Shown piece by piece: positions 43,065-52,072 of a DNA stretch of 52,731 nt. The stretch is from a virus (Duplodnaviria > Caudoviricetes). The stretch is taken from the IMG/VR virus record IMGVR_UViG_3300037467_000956, positions 1-52,731 of that record; one strand, 5' to 3'. Under the pieces are notes generated by a model. It worked only from the letters and a program-made list of their open reading frames with translations, searched no databases and was not told the origin of the DNA. Within the stretch, counting starts at the first letter, position 1, and each line of letters opens with the position of its first letter. The translations under genes and the position numbers were made by a program.

Positions 43065-45020
43065 TCAGAAGGTGTAGGCCGCGCCCGTGATATAGGCGAC
43101 GGCTTCGGTCCGGCGCCGCTTCCAGTTGATGAACCGCTCGGCGCGCAGGCCGACCATGTTCATCTGCCAGAGCGAGACCATGACCGTGTTCGCCACCGGC
43201 GGGTTCGTCGGGGCGCTGTCCATCTGCAAGGATGCCTCGCGGGACGCATCGAGGGTCACGCCGCCATCGTCCGCCAGGAGGATTTCCGGCGCCTTGGCGA
43301 GGATGATCCGCGACCCGGCCGGGATGACCGGCGGACCAGCCTGCCCCGGCTCGGGCGGGATATTCTCCGACACCACAACCGGGATACCCAGCAGGGTCCC
43401 GCCGGTCATGGTGATGCCGGGGAATTCCGGCTGCCCCAGCGGGTTCTGCATCATGCTGATGGCAAGCGCCTGCTGGCCGGTCATGATGAACACAGCCCCG
43501 GCAAGGGACAGGTTCGCCGCGAGGAAATGCGCGAAGAGCGCATTCAGATCGGCCCGCAAAGCCGCGGCGTCGGTCCCGGACGCGATGACCTGGAACGCGC
43601 CATTGGTGATCGAAGCCGGCGACACGTTCGCCACTTCCGCGACCGTCGGGTCGACAAACTGGCGGTCGAGGAACTGCGCGATAGCGTCGGTCAAGTCCTG
43701 TCGGACGATGGCTTCCGCCGACGGGTTCGAGAACCGGACCAGCTCGTCCGTCAACACGACGATGCCGGCCGCCTTCGCCCAACGAAGGGTGACGGTCGAG
43801 AACGCCAGCGCGGAAACCGGCTTCGGCGCGCCTTCGCCCACCCACCCGACGGTGGAGCCGGTGGACTGCGCCGGCATGCTGATGTTGAACGGCACGCGCC
43901 GCAGGCCGGGGATGCGGCCGATGATGGTCGCCGGGCGCAGGAGTTCGATGAATTCCGACGCCATCTGCTGGTACTGGACCAGCGGACCGGCCCAAGCGGG
44001 GTCGGTGGTGGTGCCGGCATTCACGGCCGCCTTGAGCACCTGCTCGACTTCCGGGGTGTCATCCCAGGACTTCGCGATCTCATGTGCCTGGATAAGGTTG
44101 CCCTTGGACCGGGCGAGCGCGATCGCATAGCGGGTGAACGCGGTCGCCGCCGGCAGGTTGCGCCGGACGGACGAGACCACGGCGCCGCCGCGGACGGCGG
44201 AAGCGCTCTCGGTATCGGCCACATCATCGACCCGCACCGCTGCCCGAGCCTGCTCGCGCTCCAGAGCGCGCAGTCGGACAAGGTGCGCATCGATCTTCTT
44301 CACATCATCGGCGAGGCCGTCATATTCGGCGGTCTCGTTCTCGTCCAGCGTGGTGTCTTCCTCGCCGGCATGCTCCATGATTTCGACCATGCGCGCGGAC
44401 TTCGCGGCGCGGGTCGCCTCAAAAGCCGAGATCTGCTCGGCAACAGTCTTGGGCATAGCTCGCTGCCTCTGGACTTTGGGTTTTGCGGGTCCCGAGGCGC
44501 CGGGCGTGGAGGGTCGCGGGGTCGGCTCGTCCGTTAGGCCAGACGCGGCCCGGATTTGCCGATCGATCGACCGGATTTCGGTAATGCCGGCATCCATGTT
44601 CGCCGGAATGGTGACGAGCGAAAGCTCCAGCCACTCCCATTCCTTGAACCGGAGACCGCCATCCTTCATGGCTTCATAGTCGAGCGGGCGGAACCCGATC
44701 GACACGGCCCGGACCAGCTTGGAGACGACTGAGTCCCACGCTTCATCGGTCCGGTTTTTCAGGTTGCCCGGCTCATCGAACTTGGCGATGCGGGCCTTGA
44801 ACGGGATGCCGTCTTTCGTCGGCTTCGCGAAGGTGACTTCGCCCACCGGCTGCGTCGCGTCGTGCTGCCACAGAAGCGGCATCGGCAGGCTGAACTTGGC
44901 GCCGAGCGGTTCGACAATGTCGCCCATGCGGTCGGTCGAGGGGGTCGAGGCAATGCCCTCAATGACCCGCTGCTTGTAGTCGACCGATCGCGTTTCGATG
45001 ATCGCAAACGCTCGATCCAT
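43065..45020 (-). CDS. Fused prohead protease-major capsid protein (HK97 fold)
   Basis: GIAST...DR.GD, PLLWQHD, SIGF, ELSLVTIPAN followed by the capsid domain (WVGEG..KP). Confidence 0.93.
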   Translation of the reverse strand: MDRAFAIIETRSVDYKQRVIEGIASTPSTDRMGDIVEPLGAKFSLPMPLLWQHDATQPVGEVTFAKPTKDGIPFKARIAKFDEPGNLKNRTDEAWDSVVSKLVRAVSIGFRPLDYEAMKDGGLRFKEWEWLELSLVTIPANMDAGITEIRSIDRQIRAASGLTDEPTPRPSTPGASGPAKPKVQRQRAMPKTVAEQISAFEATRAAKSARMVEIMEHAGEEDTTLDENETAEYDGLADDVKKIDAHLVRLRALEREQARAAVRVDDVADTESASAVRGGAVVSSVRRNLPAATAFTRYAIALARSKGNLIQAHEIAKSWDDTPEVEQVLKAAVNAGTTTDPAWAGPLVQYQQMASEFIELLRPATIIGRIPGLRRVPFNISMPAQSTGSTVGWVGEGAPKPVSALAFSTVTLRWAKAAGIVVLTDELVRFSNPSAEAIVRQDLTDAIAQFLDRQFVDPTVAEVANVSPASITNGAFQVIASGTDAAALRADLNALFAHFLAANLSLAGAVFIMTGQQALAISMMQNPLGQPEFPGITMTGGTLLGIPVVVSENIPPEPGQAGPPVIPAGSRIILAKAPEILLADDGGVTLDASREASLQMDSAPTNPPVANTVMVSLWQMNMVGLRAERFINWKRRRTEAVAYITGAAYTF

Positions 45021-45033
45021 CGGCACCCCCAAC

Positions 45034-45058
45034 AAAAAAGGCGCCCGAAAGGCGCCCT
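45034..45058 (-). terminator. Intrinsic terminator upstream of the capsid gene
   Basis: GGCGCC-TTTCG-GGCGCC plus T6. Confidence 0.75.
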
Positions 45059-45080
45059 GGTCCGCTTCCTGACCCGGCTG

Positions 45081-45338
45081 TCACCGGGTGATGTGTTTCA
45101 CTGCCCACATAACCGCTTCTTCCATCTTGGTCGCGGCGATGGACAGTTCGCGAGATCCGAAGGTCCCGCCGGCCGGAGCGGTCTCGCCGATTGCGTGCAA
45201 CATGCCGATGAAGTCGAGACCGGCATCCTTGATCTCTTTCATCCGGGCCTTTTCGAGATCGGATAGCACCCGATACTCATGACGCATGACATTGTTCACA
45301 GTCCGCTCGTCGGACGTGCTCGAAACGGTGTCTGTCAT
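45081..45338 (-). CDS. Acb2/Tad1-like cyclic-nucleotide sponge (anti-defence)
   Basis: YR.LS..EK..M..IK..G and SRELSIA.TK.EEAVMW motifs. Confidence 0.75.
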   Translation of the reverse strand: MTDTVSSTSDERTVNNVMRHEYRVLSDLEKARMKEIKDAGLDFIGMLHAIGETAPAGGTFGSRELSIAATKMEEAVMWAVKHITR

Positions 45339-45345
45339 CTTGCCC

Positions 45346-46926
45346 CTACATAAAAAGCATCTGGTACGTCGGCTCGCGGTGCTGGACGAGATCGCGGGTT
45401 TTCAGGCCCAGCGCCATGGCACAGGCAACCGCACCGTCGATCCGGAACCGGGTCTTGCTCTTGTCCAGCTTGCGATTGCCGGCCGGGTCCTGAATGGCAA
45501 TCGCATTCGAGAAACAGAACGCCAGCAGCGGGTTGCCGTTGTGGGCAAAGCGCCGATTGAGGATGGAGATCTCCAGCGCGTCGATCGCCGGGGACATATC
45601 CCGGAAACCCTGGCCCCACGACACCAGCCGGAGCCCGCCGGCCACCGGCGGATCATCGTCCTGATAACAGTGCAGTCCGATCCGGTCGAATTCTCGGATC
45701 ATGTCCTTGATCCGCCACCGGTCATAGGCGAGCCCGAGCACGTCATATTCCGCCGTGATTTCGGCGATGCGCTCGGCGACATACCCATAGTCAATAGCCC
45801 GGCCCGGCGGCGCCTCTAGCCACCCTTCCCGCGCCCAAGTGCTGTACGGCGCTCGGTCGCGCAATTCATGGTCCGCGAGGAGGTCGCCCGGCTTCCAGAA
45901 CCACGCCGCGACACGGTCGCCATCATCCGCGCTCACGGCGACCAGCGCCGTCAAGTCGGTGGTGGCCGAAAGGTCGAGTGCCAAATACACCCGGTCGCCC
46001 GGCTCGATGGTGTTCGGCGACCGGCATGCCTCCCACTCGGCCCGCGGGACCAAGGGCGATTGAGCGTCGACCCGCTGATTGAGATACAGGTTCCGGAACG
46101 TCGCCTCGAATGACGGCATCCGTTTCGCCCGCGCCGCCATGGCGCGCATGTCTTCCATCGATCGGAAGTCGCCAAGGGCCGGATTGGCAACGTGCCAGGC
46201 CCTTTCATCGTAAATGTTCGGATAGTCGTCGGTGACCGCGTACAGATGGCAAACAATCGTCGGATCATCGGCCCGCAATCCGTCATCGATCAACTGTGAC
46301 AGGACGTGCTGCGGGTCATTGCTCTGCGTCGAGATGACGATGAACAGTGGTTCCTCGCGGGCACCCATGGCGCTGTCGAGCGCGTCATAAAGCGCCCGGC
46401 TCTTGGACTGCGCGAGTTCGTCATAGACCACGACGGACGGGTTCAGGCCGTGCTTCGATCCCGCTTCCGCCGATATCGCCCGATAGAACGAACCATTGCG
46501 CCGGCACACAATCGTCTTGGTCGACGGCACGACGGTGACCATCGCCGCTAACTCGGGATCGGCTGACACCATCTGCGCGGCGACCTTGAACACTTGCGCC
46601 GCCTGCTCCCGCTCATTGGCGGCAGAATAGATCTCCCCGTTGGGGATCGCCTCGGGGCCGACAAGATGGACGAGAACTAAGGCGGCAATGAGCGCCGTCT
46701 TGCCGTTTTTCCGAGCAATTGACAGGATCGCCCGGCGCACCACCCGGCGCCATTTCGCCGTTCCCACCAGATGATGCGGCGCATAGACCGCGTTGATGAA
46801 CTTGCGCTGGAACCGGCGCAGCTTGAAGGGTTCCCCCTGGCCCTCGCCGCTTGGAACGATCAGGCATTCAATGAACCGCCGGACACGGTCCGCCCGATCG
46901 TTGCGCTTCCGGATGTTACCCGCCAA
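45346..46926 (-). CDS. terL: Terminase large subunit
   Basis: Walker A IARKNGKT, Walker B VVYDE, nuclease LDLS.T.D, RIDG.VA. Confidence 0.95.
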   Translation of the reverse strand: MAGNIRKRNDRADRVRRFIECLIVPSGEGQGEPFKLRRFQRKFINAVYAPHHLVGTAKWRRVVRRAILSIARKNGKTALIAALVLVHLVGPEAIPNGEIYSAANEREQAAQVFKVAAQMVSADPELAAMVTVVPSTKTIVCRRNGSFYRAISAEAGSKHGLNPSVVVYDELAQSKSRALYDALDSAMGAREEPLFIVISTQSNDPQHVLSQLIDDGLRADDPTIVCHLYAVTDDYPNIYDERAWHVANPALGDFRSMEDMRAMAARAKRMPSFEATFRNLYLNQRVDAQSPLVPRAEWEACRSPNTIEPGDRVYLALDLSATTDLTALVAVSADDGDRVAAWFWKPGDLLADHELRDRAPYSTWAREGWLEAPPGRAIDYGYVAERIAEITAEYDVLGLAYDRWRIKDMIREFDRIGLHCYQDDDPPVAGGLRLVSWGQGFRDMSPAIDALEISILNRRFAHNGNPLLAFCFSNAIAIQDPAGNRKLDKSKTRFRIDGAVACAMALGLKTRDLVQHREPTYQMLFM

Positions 46927-47389
46927 TCAGCCCTTCAAACTTGCTGGCGGCCGGGGTCGGCCCCGCCTCGATCTTGGACCGGGCGGCCGGGCTCATCCCG
47001 AATTCGGTCGCGTACCTGACCATGTCGGCCGCGGCGCGGTTCGCGATGCCGACAAGCGGGTTCTGAATGGCGTTGCCGTTGCTCGTCTTGATCATCAGCG
47101 ACGCCAAGGGGTTCTGCCGCGCGATCTCCTCCAATGCTCGCTCGGCCGCGACCCACCGGCCATAGGCCTGGCAATAGGCGGCGAGCGCGGCGCGGTCGAG
47201 ACCGGTAAGGCACCCGAGGCGGTAGAGTTCGACGGACACCCGGTTCCACTCGTCCAGCGCGTCACCGACCAAGATGCTGGGCGGGGTCGGCAAGGTCGGT
47301 TCCGGATGCGGTTCCTTCGGGTTGAGCCGGCGCTTGCCGGGGTTCCCTTCGATGATCTTCAAATGCGTCGGCTTCGGGCGGTTCACCAT
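46916..47389 (-). CDS. terS: Terminase small subunit (P27 family)
   Basis: PKPT.LK...GNPGKR, L..YC..Y, NP..., EFG.SP.AR. Confidence 0.92.
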   Translation of the reverse strand: MVNRPKPTHLKIIEGNPGKRRLNPKEPHPEPTLPTPPSILVGDALDEWNRVSVELYRLGCLTGLDRAALAAYCQAYGRWVAAERALEEIARQNPLASLMIKTSNGNAIQNPLVGIANRAAADMVRYATEFGMSPAARSKIEAGPTPAASKFEGLIGG

Positions 47390-48054
47390 CACCGGACCCC
47401 TAGAAACTTGTGGACCTGGATGGAGACGCGGAACCCGTAATGCCGGGCGGCGGACTGGCAAAGCTCTGTCGCCTTCTGGCTCTGCGACAACGGCTGTAGC
47501 CAAATGTCGGTGGCCGGGTGGTGCCATCCGTTCGCCAGCAGCGACCGGAGTTCATCCACATCGGCCGGCTTGCCGACGGGATACTTGATCTCGTCCGCCC
47601 GGCGCATCGCGTCCTGTCGCACGGTGAACCCGCCGGGCATGCCGATCTTGGGGGACACGGTCACCCATGCCCGGTCATCGACCCGAACCGGCTGCGTCCC
47701 GCTGGTCTCGATCTGGACCATTCGGCCGTCATCAGCCAAGGCCCGCGTGATGGCGACTAGATCATGCCGGCAGGGTTCGCCGCCGGTGATCACGACATGC
47801 CGGCTCTGAAACTGGCGGCATCGGTCCACGATCTCGGCCGTGGTCATCGGGGCGAAGCTCGGCGCATCGCCTTCCTTGGCCATCATGGCGTCAACCGAGA
47901 CGGCAAGCCGGGGGTCGACCGCCCATGTGTGCTTGGTGTCGCACCACCAGCACCCGACATCGCACCCTTGCAGGCGAAGGAATACAGCCGGGGTCCCGGT
48001 CCATGCCGCTTCGCCCTGGATGGTCTCGAATATCTCGTTGACCGGAAGCGTCAT
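47389..48054 (-). CDS. queE: 7-carboxy-7-deazaguanine synthase (radical SAM)
   Basis: EIF.TIQGE..TG.P.VF.RL.GCxxxCxxCDT, TGGEP, IETSGT, SPK, S.Q.HK. Confidence 0.93.
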   Translation of the reverse strand: MTLPVNEIFETIQGEAAWTGTPAVFLRLQGCDVGCWWCDTKHTWAVDPRLAVSVDAMMAKEGDAPSFAPMTTAEIVDRCRQFQSRHVVITGGEPCRHDLVAITRALADDGRMVQIETSGTQPVRVDDRAWVTVSPKIGMPGGFTVRQDAMRRADEIKYPVGKPADVDELRSLLANGWHHPATDIWLQPLSQSQKATELCQSAARHYGFRVSIQVHKFLGVR

Positions 48055-48566
48055 GGTGCAGTCACCACGGCCGAATTCGCGCCATGCTCCATCACTTCCA
48101 CCGACGCCACCCGGACCCGCGGCGCATACCCGCTCTCGGTAATCCAGTTCGTCGCCATGTTGAACACCAGCGCCGCCAGCGCCTCGCAACCCGTCGCTTC
48201 GACCAAGATCATGTCGATGATCCCGGCGGCGTGGAGATCATAGAACCGCGCAAGCTCGGGATCGTCCGCGGCGACCAAGGTTTTGTGGTCGAGCAGCCCG
48301 GCCAGGCGGTCCTTGAACGGTTTCAGGGACCCGAAATCGACCACCCAATTGTTGCCGTCGAGTTCGGCCGCCTCGAATTCGATACGGACCGCCAAGGCAT
48401 AGCCATGCAGGAACCGGCAATGCGACTCGGCCCGCCATTGCCGGAAGGCGCAGGATAACCCGAGTTCGTGGCCATAGGTCTTGGTCGATCGATAGACGGT
48501 CCGGGCCGGGGTGAACGTCTGGCCAGGGCCGAGAAACATCCGCCGGGTTTCGTGCTCGCGGATCAT
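48051..48566 (-). CDS. queD: 6-carboxy-5,6,7,8-tetrahydropterin synthase
   Basis: HC..LHGY, WVVDFG.LK, LDH, V.EH..NSA. Confidence 0.88.
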   Translation of the reverse strand: MIREHETRRMFLGPGQTFTPARTVYRSTKTYGHELGLSCAFRQWRAESHCRFLHGYALAVRIEFEAAELDGNNWVVDFGSLKPFKDRLAGLLDHKTLVAADDPELARFYDLHAAGIIDMILVEATGCEALAALVFNMATNWITESGYAPRVRVASVEVMEHGANSAVVTAP

Positions 48567-49237
48567 GCGAACCCCGCGAGCGCCAAGAACTCGGCTCGCG
48601 CTTCGGGCTTGTCCCAAAAGGCGCCGCGCATGACGGACGTGGTCATGACCGTTTCCCCGCTTTCCCGCACGCCGCGCCACGTCATGCAAGCGTGCGTCGC
48701 CTTGACCACCACGGCGAGACCGCGCGGCCGGATCAGCTGCTCGATCTCGTCCGCCAGCATCACAACCGCTTCTTCTTGGATTTGCGGCCGGGACATCACC
48801 CAATCCGTGAGCCGGTGGAACTTGGAAAGGCCGATCAACCGGTCACCGGGGATCACGCCGCACCACGCCCGCCCCACGATCGGGCAGAGATGATGAGCGC
48901 AGGCCGACCGGACCGTGATCGGGCCGACCGTGTAGAGTTCATCGAGCCGCTTGACGTTCGGGAAGTCCGTCACCGGCGGCCGCGGCTGGTATCGCCCGGC
49001 GAACACTTCCCGCATGAACATCTTGGCGACCCGCTTCGGGGTGTCCCGCGTGTTGTGGTCCGCCTCGATATCGATCACGAGCGACCGGAGGAGATCGGCG
49101 ACGCGGTCCGCAACTTCGCTTTCGAGCGCTTCCGCTTCGCCCGGCCCTAGGAATTCCGCAACCGTATCGTTGGCGAAGCATGGTGCATTTGCCGACAGCA
49201 TTCTAATGCGGATTTGTTCAGAAAGCGGGTCTGTCAT
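48563..49237 (-). CDS. folE: GTP cyclohydrolase I
   Basis: TP.RVAKM, S.C.HH..P..G, IGLSK, RPQIQE, HACM.WRG. Confidence 0.95.
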   Translation of the reverse strand: MTDPLSEQIRIRMLSANAPCFANDTVAEFLGPGEAEALESEVADRVADLLRSLVIDIEADHNTRDTPKRVAKMFMREVFAGRYQPRPPVTDFPNVKRLDELYTVGPITVRSACAHHLCPIVGRAWCGVIPGDRLIGLSKFHRLTDWVMSRPQIQEEAVVMLADEIEQLIRPRGLAVVVKATHACMTWRGVRESGETVMTTSVMRGAFWDKPEARAEFLALAGFA

Positions 49238-49283
49238 GCACGCTCTGATTAGTGGCTTTTGGGGGTTTACAGCCGTTCTGAGA

Positions 49284-49303
49284 AACCGCATTTTAATGCG
49301 GTC
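49284..49303. promoter_or_regulatory. Operator between divergent folE and the histone-like gene
   Basis: AACCGCATTTTAATGCGGTC, 18/20 to consensus. Confidence 0.7.
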
Positions 49304-49347
49304 GACGCGATCAACGCGCCGCGCAAACAAAAGATGGAGCTACAGAG

Positions 49348-50049
49348 ATGGGCAAGGTTTACACCCGCAAGGACAACGCGATCCGCGCCGCTATCAAGCT
49401 GGGCCTGACTGAGGAGTCGGTTTACCGCTGCCAAGGCGGGTGGATGTTCGTCCACCCCGGCACCGAAGGCGCCACGATCGCCTATGCCATCAACGATGGG
49501 ACGAACTCGGCCGGCGAGCCGGCCGGCGGCATCGACACCACCGACGAAACCCCGTTCTCCGAATTGATCTCCACGGACGCCGAGATCGCCGCCGCCAAGG
49601 CCGAACTCGCCGCCAAGGACGCCGCCCGCGGCACCCCGGCCGAGATGCCGGGCCTGTCGACCGCATTGGACGGGATGATGAACCCGAAGGCGAAGAAGGC
49701 CCGCAAGACGCCGGAGAAGACGGCGAAGGCCCCGAAGAAGGCCGCGAAGGCACCCAAGGCGGCGAAGACGGCCCCGAAGGCGCCGAAGGCCCCCAAGGCG
49801 AAGGCCCCGAAGAAGGCCCCGGCCGTCGCCGTGTCGACCGGCAAGGGCCGCGGCAAGAACCCCGAGGCGGTGGCCAAGTTCCTGGAACTGGTCACCCGGC
49901 CCGACGGCGCGACCTTCGCCGAGATCTTCGATGCGATCGGCGACAAGGAACGCCGGTGGTTGCGCGGCGCCGCCGACGAAAACGGGTACGTCCTTGAACT
50001 GGTCAAGGACGGCCGCGCCGCCGGCCACTACGTCGCCCGGCCCAAGTAA
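49348..50049 (+). CDS. Lys/Ala/Pro-repeat (histone H1-like) protein with C-terminal winged helix (DUF3489-like)
   Basis: KAPK repeats; L..RPDGAT.AEI; GGAG RBS. Confidence 0.8.
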   Translation: MGKVYTRKDNAIRAAIKLGLTEESVYRCQGGWMFVHPGTEGATIAYAINDGTNSAGEPAGGIDTTDETPFSELISTDAEIAAAKAELAAKDAARGTPAEMPGLSTALDGMMNPKAKKARKTPEKTAKAPKKAAKAPKAAKTAPKAPKAPKAKAPKKAPAVAVSTGKGRGKNPEAVAKFLELVTRPDGATFAEIFDAIGDKERRWLRGAADENGYVLELVKDGRAAGHYVARPK

Positions 50050-50109
50050 CCCCCAACGGGGCCGGCACCCGCCGGCCCCGCTTCCCCCAACCCTGCCTAG
50101 GGAACTCCC

Positions 50110-50661
50110 ATGATTTTCCAGTTCATCGATAACGCGGGCGAAGTCGTGGCGCGCGCCAAGGACACGTTTTCCCGGTCCGCCGAACGGAAGTTCCGAGACC
50201 GCCTGCCCTATAACTCGATCCATCATATGCGGGTCGGCCGGTTCTCGGTGGTCCTCCCCGAAAACCTCGCCGAGTGCATTTGCGCCCCGACTTATCCCGA
50301 GGATGAGCCTCCGACCCCAATCGCCCATGGGGACGTGTTCTTCGCGTCGGCGCGCAATGACCGTCTAGACCAGTTGGACCGGATCGCGGTCGCCATCCAG
50401 CCGACACACCCACACTTCGCCGCGGTTATGGACGAGATCGCCAAGGAACGGCTGTATTACGGCATGGAACCGTGGTTCGATTACCGGTTCCCGTCGACCG
50501 TGACGGCCAAATATCACGATCAAGGGTTCTGCAACATCTCGGCAAAGTCGGTCGCCGAAGCGCTCGCCCACCCGAAGGCCGTCGCCGCCGGGACGGAACG
50601 GATGCATCTCCAGATCAAGGACGGGATTGCGTGGCGGTTCGTGACCGACACCGACCGATGA
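50110..50661 (+). CDS. Hypothetical protein
   Basis: AGGGA RBS; protein-like composition. Confidence 0.7.
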   Translation: MIFQFIDNAGEVVARAKDTFSRSAERKFRDRLPYNSIHHMRVGRFSVVLPENLAECICAPTYPEDEPPTPIAHGDVFFASARNDRLDQLDRIAVAIQPTHPHFAAVMDEIAKERLYYGMEPWFDYRFPSTVTAKYHDQGFCNISAKSVAEALAHPKAVAAGTERMHLQIKDGIAWRFVTDTDR

Positions 50662-50739
50662 CGTGAATAGGGCGGGGCCGTTGCACCGACCCCGCCCATC
50701 CATTCACGCAGAACGGCTCACTCTCGCAAGGACGACATC

Positions 50740-50895
50740 ATGAGCGATTATGACGACGACGACAACCCGGCAATCCGCCCGACCGTTCGCCAGACCATGA
50801 CCCGCTGGGCATTCCAGGCCGTGGTTTTCATGGCCGTCGTGGTCGCCGCGATCGGCGATTTCTTCACCGGATATCGACGCGGCCCGGCGCCCTAG
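50740..50895 (+). CDS. 51-aa membrane peptide (not in ORF track)
   Basis: AAGGA RBS; MSDYDDDDNPAIRPTVRQTMTRWAFQAVVFMAVVVAAIGDFFTGYRRGPAP. Confidence 0.6.
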   Translation: MSDYDDDDNPAIRPTVRQTMTRWAFQAVVFMAVVVAAIGDFFTGYRRGPAP

Positions 50896-50968
50896 ACCCC
50901 GACTCTACGCCACCCCATTTCACCAGCAGCCCGGCATCCCGCCGGGCTGTTCTGCTAGGAGCGCTCCG

Positions 50969-51166
50969 ATGTTGACCATCACCATCGACACCGACGGCGA
51001 TGCCTTCGCCCCGGCCACCCGCGGGCATGAGATCGCCCGCCTGCTGGCCGACATCTCCAGTCGGATTACCGGCGGCGCCGTGTCCGGCACCGTCACCGAT
51101 GCCAACGGCGAGGAAATCGGCGAGTTCAACCTTGATGACGATGCCGCCCCGTCGGGCGGCGAATAG
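50969..51166 (+). CDS. Small acidic phage protein
   Basis: AGGAG RBS; I.T...AF..E+AR.L..D.NG..+G motif. Confidence 0.75.
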   Translation: MLTITIDTDGDAFAPATRGHEIARLLADISSRITGGAVSGTVTDANGEEIGEFNLDDDAAPSGGE

Positions 51167-51169
51167 GCC

Positions 51170-52072
51170 CTAGACCGCGCAGCGGAGCCCCGTGGGGCCT
51201 TCCCGCGGGGTTGCCGCACCACCCGGCCGGGCGACGGCGCCGCCCTTGCCGCGCAGCCGCGCAAACGCGGCGAGAGTCCGCCTCACTTCGTCGGCCGAGA
51301 CACACGCCAGAAAGACATGCGTCCCAAGATTGCGCCGGACATCAAGCGACATCTCGACGTAGGAATGCGCCCCGACCGTTTCGACTAGCGGCGCGCCGGC
51401 CACCCATGCCCGATCATTCCGCAGGATCGCCGGATCGATCCCGTACCGGACAAGAGCGGCCCGCGCCGTCCATGGTAACCCGGCATCGAAGTCATGCCGC
51501 TTGAACTGGCGGACGTGGCCCCGGCCCATATAGATCGGGATGAACCGCCGCCGCCGGCCGATCATCCACGTGGACGAGTCGGCCATATACGGCCGGTAAT
51601 GCCGCATGAACTCGGCATTGGTGAACCCGAGCCAATGCACGCGCCGCCCGGCGACGTGCCGCATAATGCCGTTCACCCACCGGCGCTTGTCGAGCGCGTT
51701 GATGCCACCCAACCCGACAAGGTCGGATGTCTCATATAGCTCGTCCAACTTCGCGGGGTTCTCCCCGCGGGTGAAGATAGGGACCGGGTTGAACCCGGCC
51801 CGTAGCATATCCTTGTACTGTCGATCCGTGCCGGCAGCGTCCCCGACGATATCCAGGGTGAAATACCGCCACGGCTCGACCGGAAGGCGCTCGATGAACC
51901 GGCAATAATCGGCAAGCGCGATCGGGTTGCCGGACTTCCAGGCGGTAAAGGCCCCGCTGTCGATCACGAGCCGGATGTCGGCCGCATGCTCCTTCAGGAC
52001 CGGGATCATGTCCGGCTTCATGTACGGATAGGCGACGAGCAGGTTTAGCCGCTCGTCGGTCTCGGGGATCAT
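51170..52072 (-). CDS. dpdA: DpdA-like DNA-guanine transglycosylase (TGT fold)
   Basis: IDSGAFT, LD.VGD, VGLGG, VH.LG, DSSTW; linked to folE/queD/queE. Confidence 0.82.
   Translation of the reverse strand: MIPETDERLNLLVAYPYMKPDMIPVLKEHAADIRLVIDSGAFTAWKSGNPIALADYCRFIERLPVEPWRYFTLDIVGDAAGTDRQYKDMLRAGFNPVPIFTRGENPAKLDELYETSDLVGLGGINALDKRRWVNGIMRHVAGRRVHWLGFTNAEFMRHYRPYMADSSTWMIGRRRRFIPIYMGRGHVRQFKRHDFDAGLPWTARAALVRYGIDPAILRNDRAWVAGAPLVETVGAHSYVEMSLDVRRNLGTHVFLACVSADEVRRTLAAFARLRGKGGAVARPGGAATPREGPTGLRCAV

Noticed and set aside
40502-44537. Long plus-strand ORFs opposite the portal, collagen and capsid genes
   Set aside because: Antisense shadows of well-supported minus-strand genes
49690-49825. 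Tandem GAAGGC repeats
   Set aside because: Explained by KAPK protein repeats
51170-52072. tRNA-guanine transglycosylase (tgt) for queuosine
   Set aside because: Lacks the C-terminal Zn-binding CxCxxC motif and sits in a phage ParB/terminase context, favouring DNA-acting DpdA
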